NCBI RefSeq assembly: GCF_006345805.1
Contig: NC_043004.1
Span: forward strand, 248,001-312,000
Reading direction: 5' to 3'
Length of the DNA: 64,000 nt
Origin: Octopus sinensis
Lineage: Eukaryota
Shown: piece after piece, positions 13,145 to 26,939 of the stretch
Layout: each line of letters starts with the position of its first letter
Position numbering within the stretch: the first letter of the stretch is position 1
The notes under the pieces: model-generated
The model's database searches: none
Seen by the model: the letters and a program-made list of their open reading frames with translations, nothing else
What the model was told of the DNA's origin: nothing
Made by a program: the position numbers and the translations under genes

Positions 13145-13221
13145 TATACATATATATACATATATATAAACATATATACATATATACATATATATATATA
13201 CATATATATATACATATATAC

Positions 13222-13283
<62 letters not shown>

Positions 13284-13390
13284 TTATGTATATATATGTA
13301 CACATAGAAACATTCATACATATATTTGTGCATATATGTGTGTGTGTGTATATATATATATATACTGTATATGTGTGTGTATACACTCAC
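11960..13390. repeat. Degenerate (TA)n/(TG)n low-complexity region
   Basis: Direct reading. Confidence 0.9.
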
Positions 13391-13844
13391 TTTCACCACT
13401 ATCTTCCCAACACACACACACACGTGCAAATATATAAAAGTAATATAGACAATATAAATGATATAAACATTTTGTCCTTATAAACGTATATGTAGAGGTA
13501 AGTGCGTGTGTGTGTGTGTATATGTATGTGTGTGTGTCTGTCTGTCTGTCTGCATGTGTGTGTGTGTGTGTGTGTACGTGAGTGAACATACAGTGATGCT
13601 TAATGTCCTGCTGTTAGATGTAATTAATTGTCTTCCAAACAAATTTCCATTTCCCACTTTTATATATGACCAAACTAGTTGCTTCTTTTATTTTTTTTTT
13701 CCATTTTTTTCTTGTATTTATTTCATACGAGAACACTTAAGCGAACGCTTATGCTTATGTGCCTATATGTACACTGCAGGAAAACAGACTATACATCGTA
13801 TGAATATGACCATGTATGTATATATATATATATATATATATAAT

Positions 13845-13876
<32 letters not shown>

Positions 13877-14223
13877 TATATATATATATAATACCAACCG
13901 CTGGCAATGTATAAATTTGCTATCCTACAATATATACTAAGAAATCTATGTATGAATGAACTCCTACATTTTTTTCTGGACGTATACGTATATGTATATA
14001 TCTATAACTATATATAAACACACATGCTTATATATATTCTGACGCATACAAAAACATCACACACACGTGTGTGTGTGTGTATGTGTGTGTGTGTGTGTGT
14101 GTTCATATAAACCTAAATATACATATATGTATGTATATATGTATGTATACATATGTATATATTTATATATGTATGAAACATATAGCTAGCTAGATAAATT
14201 GATAGATAGATATATATATAGAT

Positions 14224-14292
<69 letters not shown>

Positions 14293-14639
14293 CATTTATA
14301 AATATGGGTATATTTATATATGGGTATATTTGGATATATCCATGTATATATTATTGTTGTTGTTGTTGTTGTTGCTATTATTATAAAAACCCCAAAAAGA
14401 GCTGTGTGTAATTTCTGTTTGAAATTTTCATTTATGCTGTTCATCAAACTGATGAAAGCAAAACGGTTTATCAACTGCGTTCGATGTAATCGAAGTGTGA
14501 ATGAGCAGCACGCAGATTTAGGAAAGAGACGGGGAGCAATGAAGGGGAGATAATTAACTGAACGGGAAATAATAAGTTGTGCTTTACGAGTATGAAAAAA
14601 TTGCATAAACTAACACTGGAATGAGTTATGGTGAGTTTC

Positions 14640-14990
14640 GATAGTTCACTGAGATATATTTTGCAAAATATGGACATGGTGAAAAAATCTCGTTTCTGGT
14701 ATTTATACAGTCCCTGGAGGATCTTAAGTTTCTTTTAAAATATAGTTTTTCAAGCGAGCATATAGAGCATCATTTTTGACCTGTTAATATAAGTTTTTGT
14801 CTTACAAAGAATCTTCTATTTGATGCTGTAGGTGATGTTCTCGTTCTTAAGTCTCCAGATTAATGCTGAGTGAGCTGTTGCATGTTTCTTCTCGAGGTGT
14901 GTAAAGGTAGAAAGATTGTAGTTGAATCTTCATTTGAGCTTTCCTCCCATCTAGTTTGTAAGAAAAGTTCTGGCAATATTTCATCGTTCT
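14640..14990 (-). pseudogene. Decayed Penelope-like GIY-YIG endonuclease C-terminal fragment
   Basis: Manual translation GKLK*RFNYNLSTFTHLEKKHATAHSALIWRLKNENITYSIK*KIL aligns with GNFKARFNNHTLSFRHWNKRKATQLSNHIWSLRDKGVDYNIHWKIL at 54040-54180. Confidence 0.75.
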
Positions 14991-15168
14991 ACACTCCTTC
15001 CTCCTTGAATTTTAGGACAGATAGAGGCTAAAGATTCTTACTCTTACACACACACGCGCGCGCACATATATATATATGGATGTATGTGTGTATGCAGGTA
15101 TTTATGTATATCCAAGTATGTACACACACATACGTATATATACATGCACACACACACAAATATATATA

Positions 15169-15199
<31 letters not shown>

Positions 15200-15201
15200 A
15201 T

Positions 15202-15365
15202 AGGCGCAGAAGTGGCTACGTGCTAAGTACCTTCCTTACCAGCCATATGGTTCCTGGTTCAGTCCCACAGTGTGGCACCTTGCGCAAGTTTCTTCTACTA
15301 TAGCCTCGGTCCGACCAAAGCCTTGTGGGTGGATTTGGTAGACGGAAACAGAAAGAAGCCTGTCG
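15202..15365 (+). mobile_element. SINE family A, 5' half
   Basis: aggcgcagaagtggctacgtgctaag...gtggcaccttgcgcaag...gaagcctgtcg. Confidence 0.85.
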
Positions 15366-15374
15366 TATTTATAC

Positions 15375-15472
15375 CATGCTATATATAAATATATTATTAT
15401 ATATAAAAATATATATATATATATATATATATAAATATATAATATATATATATATTATAAAATATATATATA

Positions 15473-15503
<31 letters not shown>

Positions 15504-15619
15504 TATATAAATATTATATATATTACTGATATATTATATATATAATATATATATAAATATATATATAATATATATTATATTAATATATATATATAATATA
15601 TATATATATATATTATATA

Positions 15620-15665
<46 letters not shown>

Positions 15666-15668
15666 TAT

Positions 15669-15707
<39 letters not shown>

Positions 15708-15840
15708 ATATATATATATAATAATATATATAATAGATATATATATAATAATATATATAGTAAATAATATATATATATATATATATATAAATAATATTAT
15801 ATATATATATATATATATAGAATATATATAATATTTATAT

Positions 15841-15873
<33 letters not shown>

Positions 15874-15926
15874 AATAATAATAAATATATATATAATATA
15901 TAATATATTATATATTATATATATCG

Positions 15927-15967
<41 letters not shown>

Positions 15968-15977
15968 TATATAATAT

Positions 15978-16011
<34 letters not shown>

Positions 16012-16043
16012 ATATAATATTATATATATATATATATATATAT
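15375..16043. repeat. Nearly pure A/T degenerate (TA)n block
   Basis: Direct reading. Confidence 0.95.
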
Positions 16044-16128
16044 AGGTGTTTGTGTCAGGCGGAACTCAGAGTGGCAAGAAGCTAATTCGACAAGAATAAA
16101 AACATTGTGTGTGTTGTGTGTGTGTGGT

Positions 16129-16161
<33 letters not shown>

Positions 16162-16289
16162 TAGCGCGCGTTTTGAATATATTTTTTTAAAGCCAAAACG
16201 TGTAAGTTGAAAAAAATACAGGTCCATGGTTAGTACTATTACCTGCTATTTCAATATTTTTATTTTTAACTTACATCGTTTTGGCTTTA

Positions 16290-16346
<57 letters not shown>

Positions 16347-16450
16347 AGTTAAAGTTAATCCAAACAAGAAAACACAGAAAAAAACACAGCAACGCGAGGA
16401 CGTGGAACAATTAAAGTATTATTTGACGCTCAGGAAAGAAGGGAAGGAGG

Positions 16451-16485
16451 GTTTAACGTTTCGAGCGGAGCTCTTCGTCGGAAAC
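16451..16485 (-). ncRNA. Minimal HHR-like motif with CCGA core variant
   Basis: Minus: GTTT-CCGACGA-A-GAGC-tcc-GCTC-GAAA-CG-T-T^AAAC. Confidence 0.5.
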
Positions 16486-16962
16486 AAGGAGAAGGAAAGA
16501 TCCCAAGAAGGGAAGACAGAGGAAAAAATATTTTTGCTGGTGGTGCTCAAGAGATCACATGTTGAAATATATATATATATTTAAAGCATTTATATATATT
16601 ATCATGCTATGAGTCTTCCATAGTAGCTTTTTCTCTGTAACTTAGAATGGTTTTCTGGTTTGTTTACAAATATCATATGTAATATTAGACAGTTTAAGTA
16701 TATATTGGCCGAAACTGATGAGTGAGTGTCTGGCCCAATCGGATGCGCAAGGAGTCATGTTAGCGTTGATTTGTGGGTTCGATTCTGGTTAGGGTTAGCT
16801 CATCATTTTTCGGTAATTTTTTTTTTGTATTTAAAATTTGTCGCTTCAAATCGGAGTATATTATTATGATGTATTATTATACAGTTATTATTATACCATG
16901 AGTCTTCCATAGTAGCTGCCTTCCATAGTAGCTGCCTTACAAAATCTGGTTTGATTACAAAT

Positions 16963-17004
<42 letters not shown>

Positions 17005-17009
<5 letters not shown>

Positions 17010-17275
17010 GTTAATGCAATATGTGACAATTATTCGGTAGCCATGATAAAACTCCGAGTTTCGGATGCCGAGGTGGAAATCCACGCCGCCATCTCTTTTT
17101 TCCGATGGCCAGACAACTGAAGAGATGGCGGCGTGGATTTCCACCTCGGCATCCGAAACTCGGAGTTTTTATCATGCTATCGAATAATTGTCACATATTA
17201 CATTTACAGATAATTCCTCTATTTACATAACATCGCGGTCTCTTTCTTTCTTTTGTTGTCCTACCAGTTTTATCA
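17005..17275 (+). mobile_element. Solo PLE pseudo-LTR fragment with fold-back inversion (93-bp arms 17005-17097 / 17120-17212) and HHR-like motif 17112-17173
   Basis: 17110-17275 is homologous to the 3' pLTR at 54590-54765; CTGAAGA-GATG...CATC-C-GAAAC-TCGGA-GT. Confidence 0.75.
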
Positions 17276-17279
17276 GCAG

Positions 17280-17488
<209 letters not shown>

Positions 17489-17957
17489 ATTATTCATTTC
17501 TGCTCTACCTTCGTCCATCCTCACCTTGAATACTGTTGCCCGCTGTCGACTCTTTGCACAAAATAAAATACAATTAAAACCAAGGTACCTCAGAGATCAA
17601 TCACAAAATCAATTGTCAAGTCTTGATTATTTAAATCGGTTGGAGGAGTTCAGATTTTATTCCTTGCAACACTGCTGTGAGCGATACACCATTTGTATTA
17701 TATGGAAAATAATGTTACTTAAATGGTTTTGATATCAACTTTAAAATTCACTCAAGGCTTGGTCTTCGTGCCGTTCATCCTCTACATCATGTCAAGGATG
17801 GAACCCTCCCAAAAATTCCAGATAAACCACCTACACCCGCATATATCTCGGCAAACAACGACTCTTTACTCAAATGTGTTATGGTGTCCAAAGAATGACT
17901 GTAATGTGCAACATTATTAAATGTCTTTTTTCCAGGTGGTGCTATTAAGTTTGTCAT

Positions 17958-18268
17958 TGTTTTGTTGTTTGTTCCTTCTCGAGCCAGGTCTGGCTCATAA
18001 GGGCCGGTTTCCCGGTTTCCTTGGCGTATAGGTTCCCCACCTGGACGGGACGCCGGTCCGTCGCAGGTGGGCTGCTAGATGCAAGAGGAAAGAGTGAGAG
18101 AAAGTTGTGGCGAAAGAGTCAGTAGAAGTTCGCCACTACCTTCTGCCGGAGCCGCGTGGAGCTTAGGTGTTTCGCTCATAAACACACACATCGCCCGGTC
18201 TGAGATTCGAACCCGCGATCCGTCGACCGCGAGTCCGCTGCTCTAACCACTAGGCCATGTGTCTCCAC
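17958..18268 (-). mobile_element. SINE family C, apparently full length
   Basis: Minus: tggcctagtggttagagcagcggactcgcggtcgacggatcgcgggttcgaatctcagaccgggc (A and B boxes) through a ...gaaggaacaaacaacaa tail. Confidence 0.9.
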
Positions 18269-18932
18269 AAGTTAGTCATGGCCAAGGCCAAATCTGGCCG
18301 AAACTCATCTAAGTATCTAAGCATACATGCATGCACGCACGCACGCACACACACACACACACACACGCACACACACGCACGCGCGCGCGCATAAAGATTG
18401 CAATAATTAATGTGATGTCAGTTGCAAATATGCTATCTTTAAGATAGTGAGTTCGCACTTGAGTATAAAATAATATTATATCTATCATTGTATAATTGTG
18501 ACAACTGTAAGGAGAATGCTGAATTTTTAACAATAAGCTCCATCATATAGATAATGGTTTAATCATTTCTTTTTTTTTTTATGTAGATAATGGTTTATTC
18601 ATATTTCGAAAGTCTTGAATCCTACCCGTGAGAAGAGAAGCTGGATGAGTAGCTGTAGAACAGATGCAGAGCCAATACAACCTGACAGTAATATAAGCGG
18701 AGAACTAGATGTGAGGCCCTGATAAAAACTGCATTTATCACGTGACAACGCAAAAATCTCAAAATAGCGCCTCCTACCTCACTCTTGAGAAAATCTCTTG
18801 GTAAAATCCCGTGTCGGGAGACAGAGAGAGAGGGGGAGTAGAGAGGGGGTGAGAGTGGGTTAGGAGAGGGAGATATTAAATGACAGAGTGAGTGAGTGAG
18901 TGGGAGCTAAGAAATATTTTCAAATTCTATAT

Positions 18933-19258
18933 AGGCGCAGGCATGGCTGTGTGGTAAGAAGTTTACTTCCCAACCATATGGTTCCGAGTTCAGTCCTACT
19001 GTGTGGAACCATGGGCAAGTGTCTTCTACTATAGCCCTGACCTGACCAAAACCTTGCGAGCAGATTTGGTAGGCGGAAACTGAAAAAGAACCGTCATGTG
19101 TGTCTTCCATCACCGCTTGGCGGCCGGTATTGGATAGTTTACGTTCCTGTAACTTAGCGTTTCGGTAAAATAACCCGATAGAATAAGAATAAAGCCCCTC
19201 AAGGCGGTGCCCCAGAATGGCCACATTCTAATGACTAAAACAAGTAAAAGAGAAAAGA
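18933..19258 (+). mobile_element. SINE family A, full length
   Basis: Head aggcgcaggcatggctgtgtgg through tail gactaaaacaagtaaaag. Confidence 0.88.
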
Positions 19259-19324
19259 GAAAAATGGATTTGATATCTGGACATCAAATTGTTAATATAA
19301 TTCTTGGATTGTGTGTGTGTGTGG

Positions 19325-19366
<42 letters not shown>

Positions 19367-19368
19367 TA

Positions 19369-19524
19369 CGACAGGCTTCTTTCAGTTTCCGTCTACCAAA
19401 TCCACTAACATGGCTTTGGTTGGCCCGAGGCTATAGTAGAAGACACTTGCCCAAGTTGCCACGCAGTGGGACTGGACTTGAAACCATGTAGTACGTAAGC
19501 AAGTTACTTATCACACAGCCACTA
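19369..19524 (-). mobile_element. SINE family A, 5' half
   Basis: Reverse complement of the head and CORE-like segment. Confidence 0.85.
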
Positions 19525-19750
19525 CACACACTCACACACACACACACATACACACACACACAGAGTCGTGGCCAAAAGTTTGGAACATAGGTCTGAAAAC
19601 AAGAATTTTCATATTAAATGCTCAGATATATACGTTGTATATATTTGAATCGAATTGTACTTGGGCATAACAATTTTAACTTTTAAAAGAAATGTTCCAA
19701 ACTTTTGGCCATGTCTTTGAGTAATAATATATTTGTGTATATATATATGC

Positions 19751-19786
<36 letters not shown>

Positions 19787-20054
19787 ATAGTCAATTCAAT
19801 GAACAAACAATTCAAAAACCGAATAAAAAACGAAAAGAGGGGAAAAAAACGAACGTGGGGACGTACACAAGAATTATATTAGTTTTACGCTCGGTGAAAG
19901 GAGAGAGTTTTTTAATGCTTTGAGCATGGCTCTTCGTCGGAAAGGAGAAAGGGAAAAGTCTAAAGAAGAAGAAAGCGAATCTCCACCGGCTCACGTGGGA
20001 TTACATGTGGGCTAACGCAAGAATCTTTTATCGAAATCAAATTCTCCAAAGGCT

Positions 20055-20266
20055 GCGAGCTGGCGGAATCGTTAGCACGCCGGGCGAAAATGCTTAGCGG
20101 TATCTCGACTGCCGCTACGCTCTAAGTTCAAATTCCGTCGAGGTCGACTTTGCCTTTCATCTTTTCAGGGTCGATAAATTAAGTATCAGTAAACACTGGG
20201 GTCGATGTAATCGACTAGTCCCCTCCCCACAAATTTCAGGCCTTGTGCCATTACTAGAAAGGATAT
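20055..20266 (+). mobile_element. SINE family B (head gcgagctggcagaatcgttagc; central gactttgcctttcatcctttcggggtcgataaa domain)
   Basis: B-box-like gttcaaattcc; more than 10 homologous copies in the window. Confidence 0.88.
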
Positions 20267-20478
20267 TAAATACTCCAGGAAACCTATTTGATTAAAGGTA
20301 TTGTATTTAGAATAATCCTACGGAATATATCTGTAAATTCATATGAAAGAAAATTATTACTGGATTTATAAACTAATCGTTGAATAACCTGTTTTAAGTA
20401 CTTAGCTGTGAGCAAACTAGTAAACCTTTGGAGAAATCCCTTACTAATTACCATATATATATATATTATATATATATA

Positions 20479-20519
<41 letters not shown>

Positions 20520-22560
20520 TGTATGATTAATTTATGGAATGAAGTTCTACAAATCCAATCATATTTGTTAAAAATGGAGCAGATAAGATGTTAAAAAGTT
20601 GTAAGAAGTGTATTCATGCATACAATTGTTTCGTACATAGATATAAATTTCTATTTGAATTTGAAAATTATCAGAGTACTCATCAGTGCAGAGAGAAAAT
20701 AATAATAGGAACTTAAAAAAAGAGTAGAGAAGTTGAATCTTCGACTTTCCTGTTTGTCTGTTCCTCTCTATGTGAGATAGTGTGTGTGTATGCACGACTG
20801 GCTTCCACATAATTTCCGTCGACCAAATTTACTCACAAGGGATCATTTAGCCCGTGACTATAGCAGAAGGTACTTGCCCAAGCTGCTGTATTCAAAGCGA
20901 GCTTCCTAACAACACCAGTTTTGTATAATATTATAAAATGGTTACTTTTGTTTTAATCAAAATTAGTGGGATCCAAGTATATTGAAGTTGTTATTACATG
21001 CTCTGCATAATGTTATCAGCAAATTGTTATTAATTAAACGTTTGCGTTTCAAAGTGATAACCAGAAGCAGCCTCTGTTCTGTTCGCATCCACATTTCGAG
21101 CGATTCCATTTTTGATCTTCATAGGGTGCCTTATTTCTGGATGCTTATATACCCACAGACCGGATTCGAATTCGAAACCTTAATTTGTAAGCTAAGCGTA
21201 TTAAGGTCGAGCAGATGTATTAGGTCACTAAGGTATATGTCTGTGTAACAGATAGACATGCTAGGAGGCGAATTGACAAATCTGTTCGAATGCAGAAGAA
21301 AATGTCTTACGATATTCGTTTTAAGGCGCTGCGCTCTGACTTCAGATTCCACCGGGGTCATCTTTTTGATTCAATACTTCAACACATTGTTGACTTTTTG
21401 CCTCCTCAATAGGCAGGATATGATTTGTTATTAAAAATGTTATCAGATTCAATAAAATGTTTAATTTTTTTCAGTTTTCATGTTTATTAAATTTTTCATT
21501 TTTTGTATTGTTTTTTGTCTGTTTTATTGAGGGTTAAACACTTTTTTTAGTTGAGGGAGATAACCAAAAGCTCCGATTCTTTTCATAAAACGGGGTGAGA
21601 TAACCCAATTTTTTAATGGAGGTGAGATAACGAAAAGTACCGAAATTAAAGCTGTCTTAATTAAGTCAATGAAAATTAGCCTTCTTTATCCGGGAGACAG
21701 GAATACGAAATATAGGCATTTTATAGACATGGTCAGTCAAGGAAAAGAAGCAGTAGTTAAAAGAAATTGCATAAGAACATTATTTTTGGAACAGACTTTT
21801 AGATCAAAGAAACGCTCATCGCCAGGAGGCGTTTGTCTGGCTTACTTCGCTATTAATCCAGATGGATAAACCTAAAGACAAAAAGAAAAATGAAAAGAAC
21901 TCAGCAAAGTCAAAGAAGAAAGGATCCTTTAAAAGCGAACGATATTCTTGATAAAGCAGTTCACTGGAGTTGTTTCAGTCTGTGATTTTTGACTGTTCTG
22001 TTTTGCAACGCTTCACTGATTTTGTCCAGCCCTTGCGTATTAAACCCCGACTGAGCATATCATAGATTATACAGCTGTTGGAATAACAGCTGAGCGGTTT
22101 TTTTCCCCTCTCCACTTCCCCGTTTTTCCTCTTTTACACAATCTACGAGATGGACAGCTTAACGAGCATTCCCGCTGCACGTCACACTGGCTGCTTCTCT
22201 ACAGGTTATTCATCCTAAGCAGTTTGCAGTCGTTTCTGTGTAACAGACACAGCAATAGATTTATATTTTTACACAGGCACAAGACCAAATGCTTTTCCAA
22301 AAACTAAGAAGTGACAATATTTCATTCATTTGGCCTCGGCATGTTAATCCTAATTATTTCATCGACCCGTACGGTGATGAAAAGTAACTTCAACTCTAAA
22401 GATAGCAGACATTGGGGTTAGAAGAACGTGACAAAATAATTATTTAATCAGGCGCTTTATAATTTTGTTTCTTAAATAAGTACCAGTTGAGTACTGGGGT
22501 CGATGTAATCGAATTACACCCTGCCCCCAAAATTGCTGGCCTTGTGACAAAATTTGATAC

Positions 22561-22605
<45 letters not shown>

Positions 22606-22633
22606 CATTATTGTTATTATTATTATTTATTGA

Positions 22634-23009
22634 GCAAGCTGGCAGAATCGTTAGCACACCGGATGAAGTGCTAAGCGGTATTTCGTCTGCCGTTACGTTC
22701 AGAGTTCAAATTCTGCCGAGGTCGACTTTGCCTTTCATCCTTTCGGGGTCGATAAATCAAGTACCAGTTACGCACTGGGGTTGATGTAATCGCCTTAATC
22801 CGTTTGTCTATCCTTGTTTGTCCTGTCTGTGTTTAGCCCCTTGTGGGTAGTAAAGAAATAGGTATTTCGTCTGCCGCTACGCTCTGAGTTCAAATTCCGC
22901 TGAGGTCGATTTTTACCTTTCGTCTTTTCGGGGTTGATTAAATATGTACCAGTTACGCAGTAGGGTCGATGTAATCGATAATTTAGGCCTTGTGCCTATA
23001 ACAGAAAGG

Positions 23010-23012
<3 letters not shown>
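22634..23012 (+). mobile_element. SINE family B, dimeric form
   Basis: Second core restarts at ataggtatttcgtctgccg (~22860). Confidence 0.88.
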
Positions 23013-23059
<47 letters not shown>

Positions 23060-23264
23060 GCGAGCTGGCAGAATCGTTTGCACGCCGGGCTTAGTGGTAT
23101 TTTGTCTGCCGCTAGATTCTGAGTTCAAATTTCGCCGGGATCGACTTTTCCTTTCATCCTTTCGGGGGTCGATAAACTAAGTACCAGTGAAACACTGGGA
23201 TCGATATAATCGACTAGTCCCCACCCCACAAATTTGAGTCCTTCTGCCTCCAGTAGGAAGGATT
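23060..23264 (+). mobile_element. SINE family B monomer following (ATT)n
   Basis: Head-to-tail match to 20055-20266. Confidence 0.88.
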
Positions 23265-23605
23265 ATTGTTGTTGTTGTTGTTGTTATTTTATCACTTTTC
23301 CATCGATGAACTATGCTGTCAGATGTTATCTCAAGAATGTCCACTGAAGGTATTACACTGTGGCCATGCTGATAGTCAATTGCTGATAGTCCACTGAAGG
23401 TATTACACTGTGGCCATGCTGATAGTCAATTGCATTGAATACAATTGTTTCACCGTCTTTAGAAAGATGAAGGGCAACAAGTGCGTGGGTAAGATTCGAG
23501 TTTTTATTGGACGTAAACGAATACTATAAGAAGGGATCTTTTTCAACGCTCTCCCGACTCTGCCATCCAGCGGACTTTTGCCTCAGTGATGAAGCTAACA
23601 TTTTA

Positions 23606-23935
23606 AGCGCAGGCAGGCGTGGCTCTGTGGTAAGAGGTTTGCTTCCCAAACACATGGTTCCAGGTTCAGTTCCACTGCATGGCGCCTCGGGCAAATGTTT
23701 TTTGGTAAGGCCACTGGTCGACGGAAACTGAGAGAAACCCGTCGAATGTGAGTTTATGTGTGTTTGTGTGTATTATGTGTGTGTGTGTACGTCTGTGTGT
23801 CTGCATTTATCCCCCGCCACTGCTTCATAATGGTGCTAGTGTATTTACGTCCGTGTAACTTAGCGGTTCAGCAAGAGAGACCGATAGAAAACATACTAGA
23901 CTTTAAAAGAAAATAAGTTGTTGGGTCGATTCATT
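23606..23935 (+). mobile_element. SINE family A, degenerate
   Basis: Head, internal TG tract and tail recognisable. Confidence 0.8.
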
Positions 23936-24017
23936 CTGCTTCGACCACAAAACTGTGCCCCGGTTGTCAAGCAGTGGCGGAAACAACAGAGATAATACCC
24001 CTATATATATATATATT

Positions 24018-24048
<31 letters not shown>

Positions 24049-24236
24049 ATAATAATAATAATATAATAATAATAATATAATAATAATAATAATAATATAA
24101 TAATAATAATAATAGGGAATATAATTCCAAACTTACAAGGAAAAATTCAATTTAGCAATTCCAAATCAAATTTCACAAAATATTTAAATTATGTATATAA
24201 TTAAGAGAAATAACCTCTATTAATTAATTCAATAGT

Positions 24237-24391
24237 GAAAGACTTTATATTATATAGAAAAAAAATTAATATACTATAATAAATATTATTCAAAAAAATC
24301 ACTAAATTAAATAAACATGTTTATTTAATTTAGTGATTTTTTGAATAATATTTATTATATTTAAATTTTTCTATATGATATAAAGTCTTTC
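24237..24391. repeat. AT-rich loopless palindrome centred on aaaca|tgttt
   Basis: Inner ~43-bp arms nearly perfect, outer 26-bp arms with one mismatch. Confidence 0.88.
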
Positions 24392-24414
24392 CGAATTGAA
24401 TTTCCGTGAACCAT

Positions 24415-24742
24415 ATCAACTCACAAAGCTTTGGTCAACCCAAAGCTATAGTAGAACTGGACAAACTGCCACGCAGTAGGACCGCAACCGAAACCGCGTA
24501 TTTGGAAAGCAGACTTCTTACCACACAGCCACGCTTGCACCTGTAAGTCTAAAATTTTTGGCGGAAGGGGACTACCCGATTACATCGACCGCAGGGCACA
24601 ACTGGTACTTATTTCATTGGCTCCAAAAAGATGAAAGGTAACGGCAACCTAGAACGAAGTCTGAACTCAGAACGTTAAACCTAAAGAAATGCCGCGAAGC
24701 ATTTTGTCCAACTTGCTAATGTTTCTGCCAGCTCTCCGCCTA
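24415..24742 (-). mobile_element. Adjacent SINE family A fragment (24415-24545) and family B copy (24550-24742)
   Basis: Reverse-complement matches to both families. Confidence 0.75.
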
Positions 24743-25239
24743 ATTTGGTCCAACTAATAGGGTTAGGCGAGGCATGAACATCACAGCTTCATATTTCCCT
24801 TCCCCTTTAATTCCACTCTTTTGTACTGAGTTGAAACAAATCGGAAAATATCTTTAATCTTATTTTTCGTTGTTGCTTTCTTATGTTTTTTGTTGTATTT
24901 ACTTTCTGTGTTAAAACAACAACAAAAAGAAATATATTTTCATCTCATATCTCCCTCTCTCTCTCTCTCTCTCTCTCCCTCCCTCTCTCTCCCTCTCTCC
25001 GTCTCGCTTTTTCTCTCTTTTTCTCAATATATATTTTCTCTCTCTCTTTCTCTTCTTCTCTCTCGCCCTGTCTCTTCTCTCTTTCTCTGTATATATTCAT
25101 TATACGCATATACATAAATACAGTCACACACACACACACACACACATACACACACACAGATATTTACCGACACATATATGGGTGCCTGCATGTATACGTG
25201 TATGCATGTATAGCACATACATTTGCATATATACATACA

Positions 25240-25289
<50 letters not shown>

Positions 25290-25349
25290 CACACAATCAC
25301 GCACACACACATATTGTACATGTACATATACATACATATACACACAGAC

Positions 25350-25382
<33 letters not shown>

Positions 25383-26063
25383 TACATGTATATATTATAT
25401 ATATTATATAACATATACATAACATATATATATATTATAACATATATACATAAATATTCATGCACACACATACACAAGCGCATGCACTCACACACACACA
25501 GACACACACACAGACACACACACATACACACATATATTGTACATGTACATTTATTTATATACACATACAGACATATATATATATATTATAACACACATAT
25601 ATATACATACACAATTGCATGCACTCACACACATATATGCAAAAAAAAAATTTTTTAATGCCTCAAAACAATTGTCTTCGACTTGACGTTTGTGTTCGTA
25701 GTGAAAGACCACCTGGTCCTCTGGTTTCTCACAGGCGCTACTGGAGATTTCAAATTGAAAACCTTATTGATTTATCATTCTGACTATCTCGCCCGTAAAT
25801 GACATGCCACATCAGGGCTTTCAAGTGAAACCGGGGTTAGCCCTCAACTATTCTTTAACTTTCATCACCAAACAGCAGTTATACGACTTGCAAGTTTAAC
25901 GTTTCTGCAATCTGAACACGACAGACAGACAGACAACCGTAGCGTGTAGTGCGGTAAAGAAGAGCGACGTAGGGTTAGATAAAGCGAGGGCGGTGGGTTG
26001 GGAGTGGAGGTCTTTTCTTTCAAGGCGTACTTCCTGCATAAAAAATACAACAACAACAACAAC

Positions 26064-26102
<39 letters not shown>

Positions 26103-26213
26103 GTGACTGCTTTCTGAAGATGGCATATCCATTAGAGAATTCTGTTGTAATTATTATATCATAAAAACGGCGAGGACTACAACTGTTATTGGAGAAGAAA
26201 GAGGAAAGAGGCC

Positions 26214-26270
<57 letters not shown>

Positions 26271-26939
26271 TGAAGTACATTAGCAGTGTGCAATAAAAGA
26301 AACAACCATCCAAACCAACCAGCCAGCCAGCCAACCAACCACAACTTTAACGTAGCATTATAAATGATTTTGTTTATATAAAGTTTGTATAACTCGGCTT
26401 CTAAACGACATTATGTAACCTATATGAGAGACAAACAGACGGACATACAGACAGACACAGAAGGTGAACTTATCATAAGCTATTAAGACCACAATATGGT
26501 ATTCGGTTCAAAAGTACTTTAGAAACACGAAGAAATTCTATGCCATCGATACAAGCAATGTAATATCCCACTTGGATGTGAGTTCTGTAAAGCAAGACGT
26601 ACGATTCAGATAAACGGAGATTGTGACCAGAATTCAATGTCTCGTTGTAACTACAGACATTCTACGCGTTACGGAAGCGTTGTGTTTCTGAAAACCTTGC
26701 CGTAACGTTGAATTGTGTAACGCAAAACCGATTTCTCCGTTGACTTCCACGTTATGTCTTGTAACGAAGAAATCACTGGGGTAAATAGACTGAAAGCTAG
26801 GAGCTTCCAGGTTATAGCAAAGTCAATGAGAAAATTGGTTTCATAATTCGGAATCCTACATTACGGTAAAATTTTGAGAAACGCGACGCTTCCCCTTACA
26901 ACAGGGATGTTTCTATTTCATTTCAGACTACTTACATCA

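Noticed and set aside
16177-16298. ~35-bp imperfect AT-rich inverted repeat
   Set aside because: Short, low complexity, and without a recognisable ribozyme core or TSD.
23339-23433. 45-bp duplication with period 50 (CRISPR-like spacing)
   Set aside because: Only two units with a 5-nt gap, no cas genes, eukaryotic context; a simple local tandem duplication.
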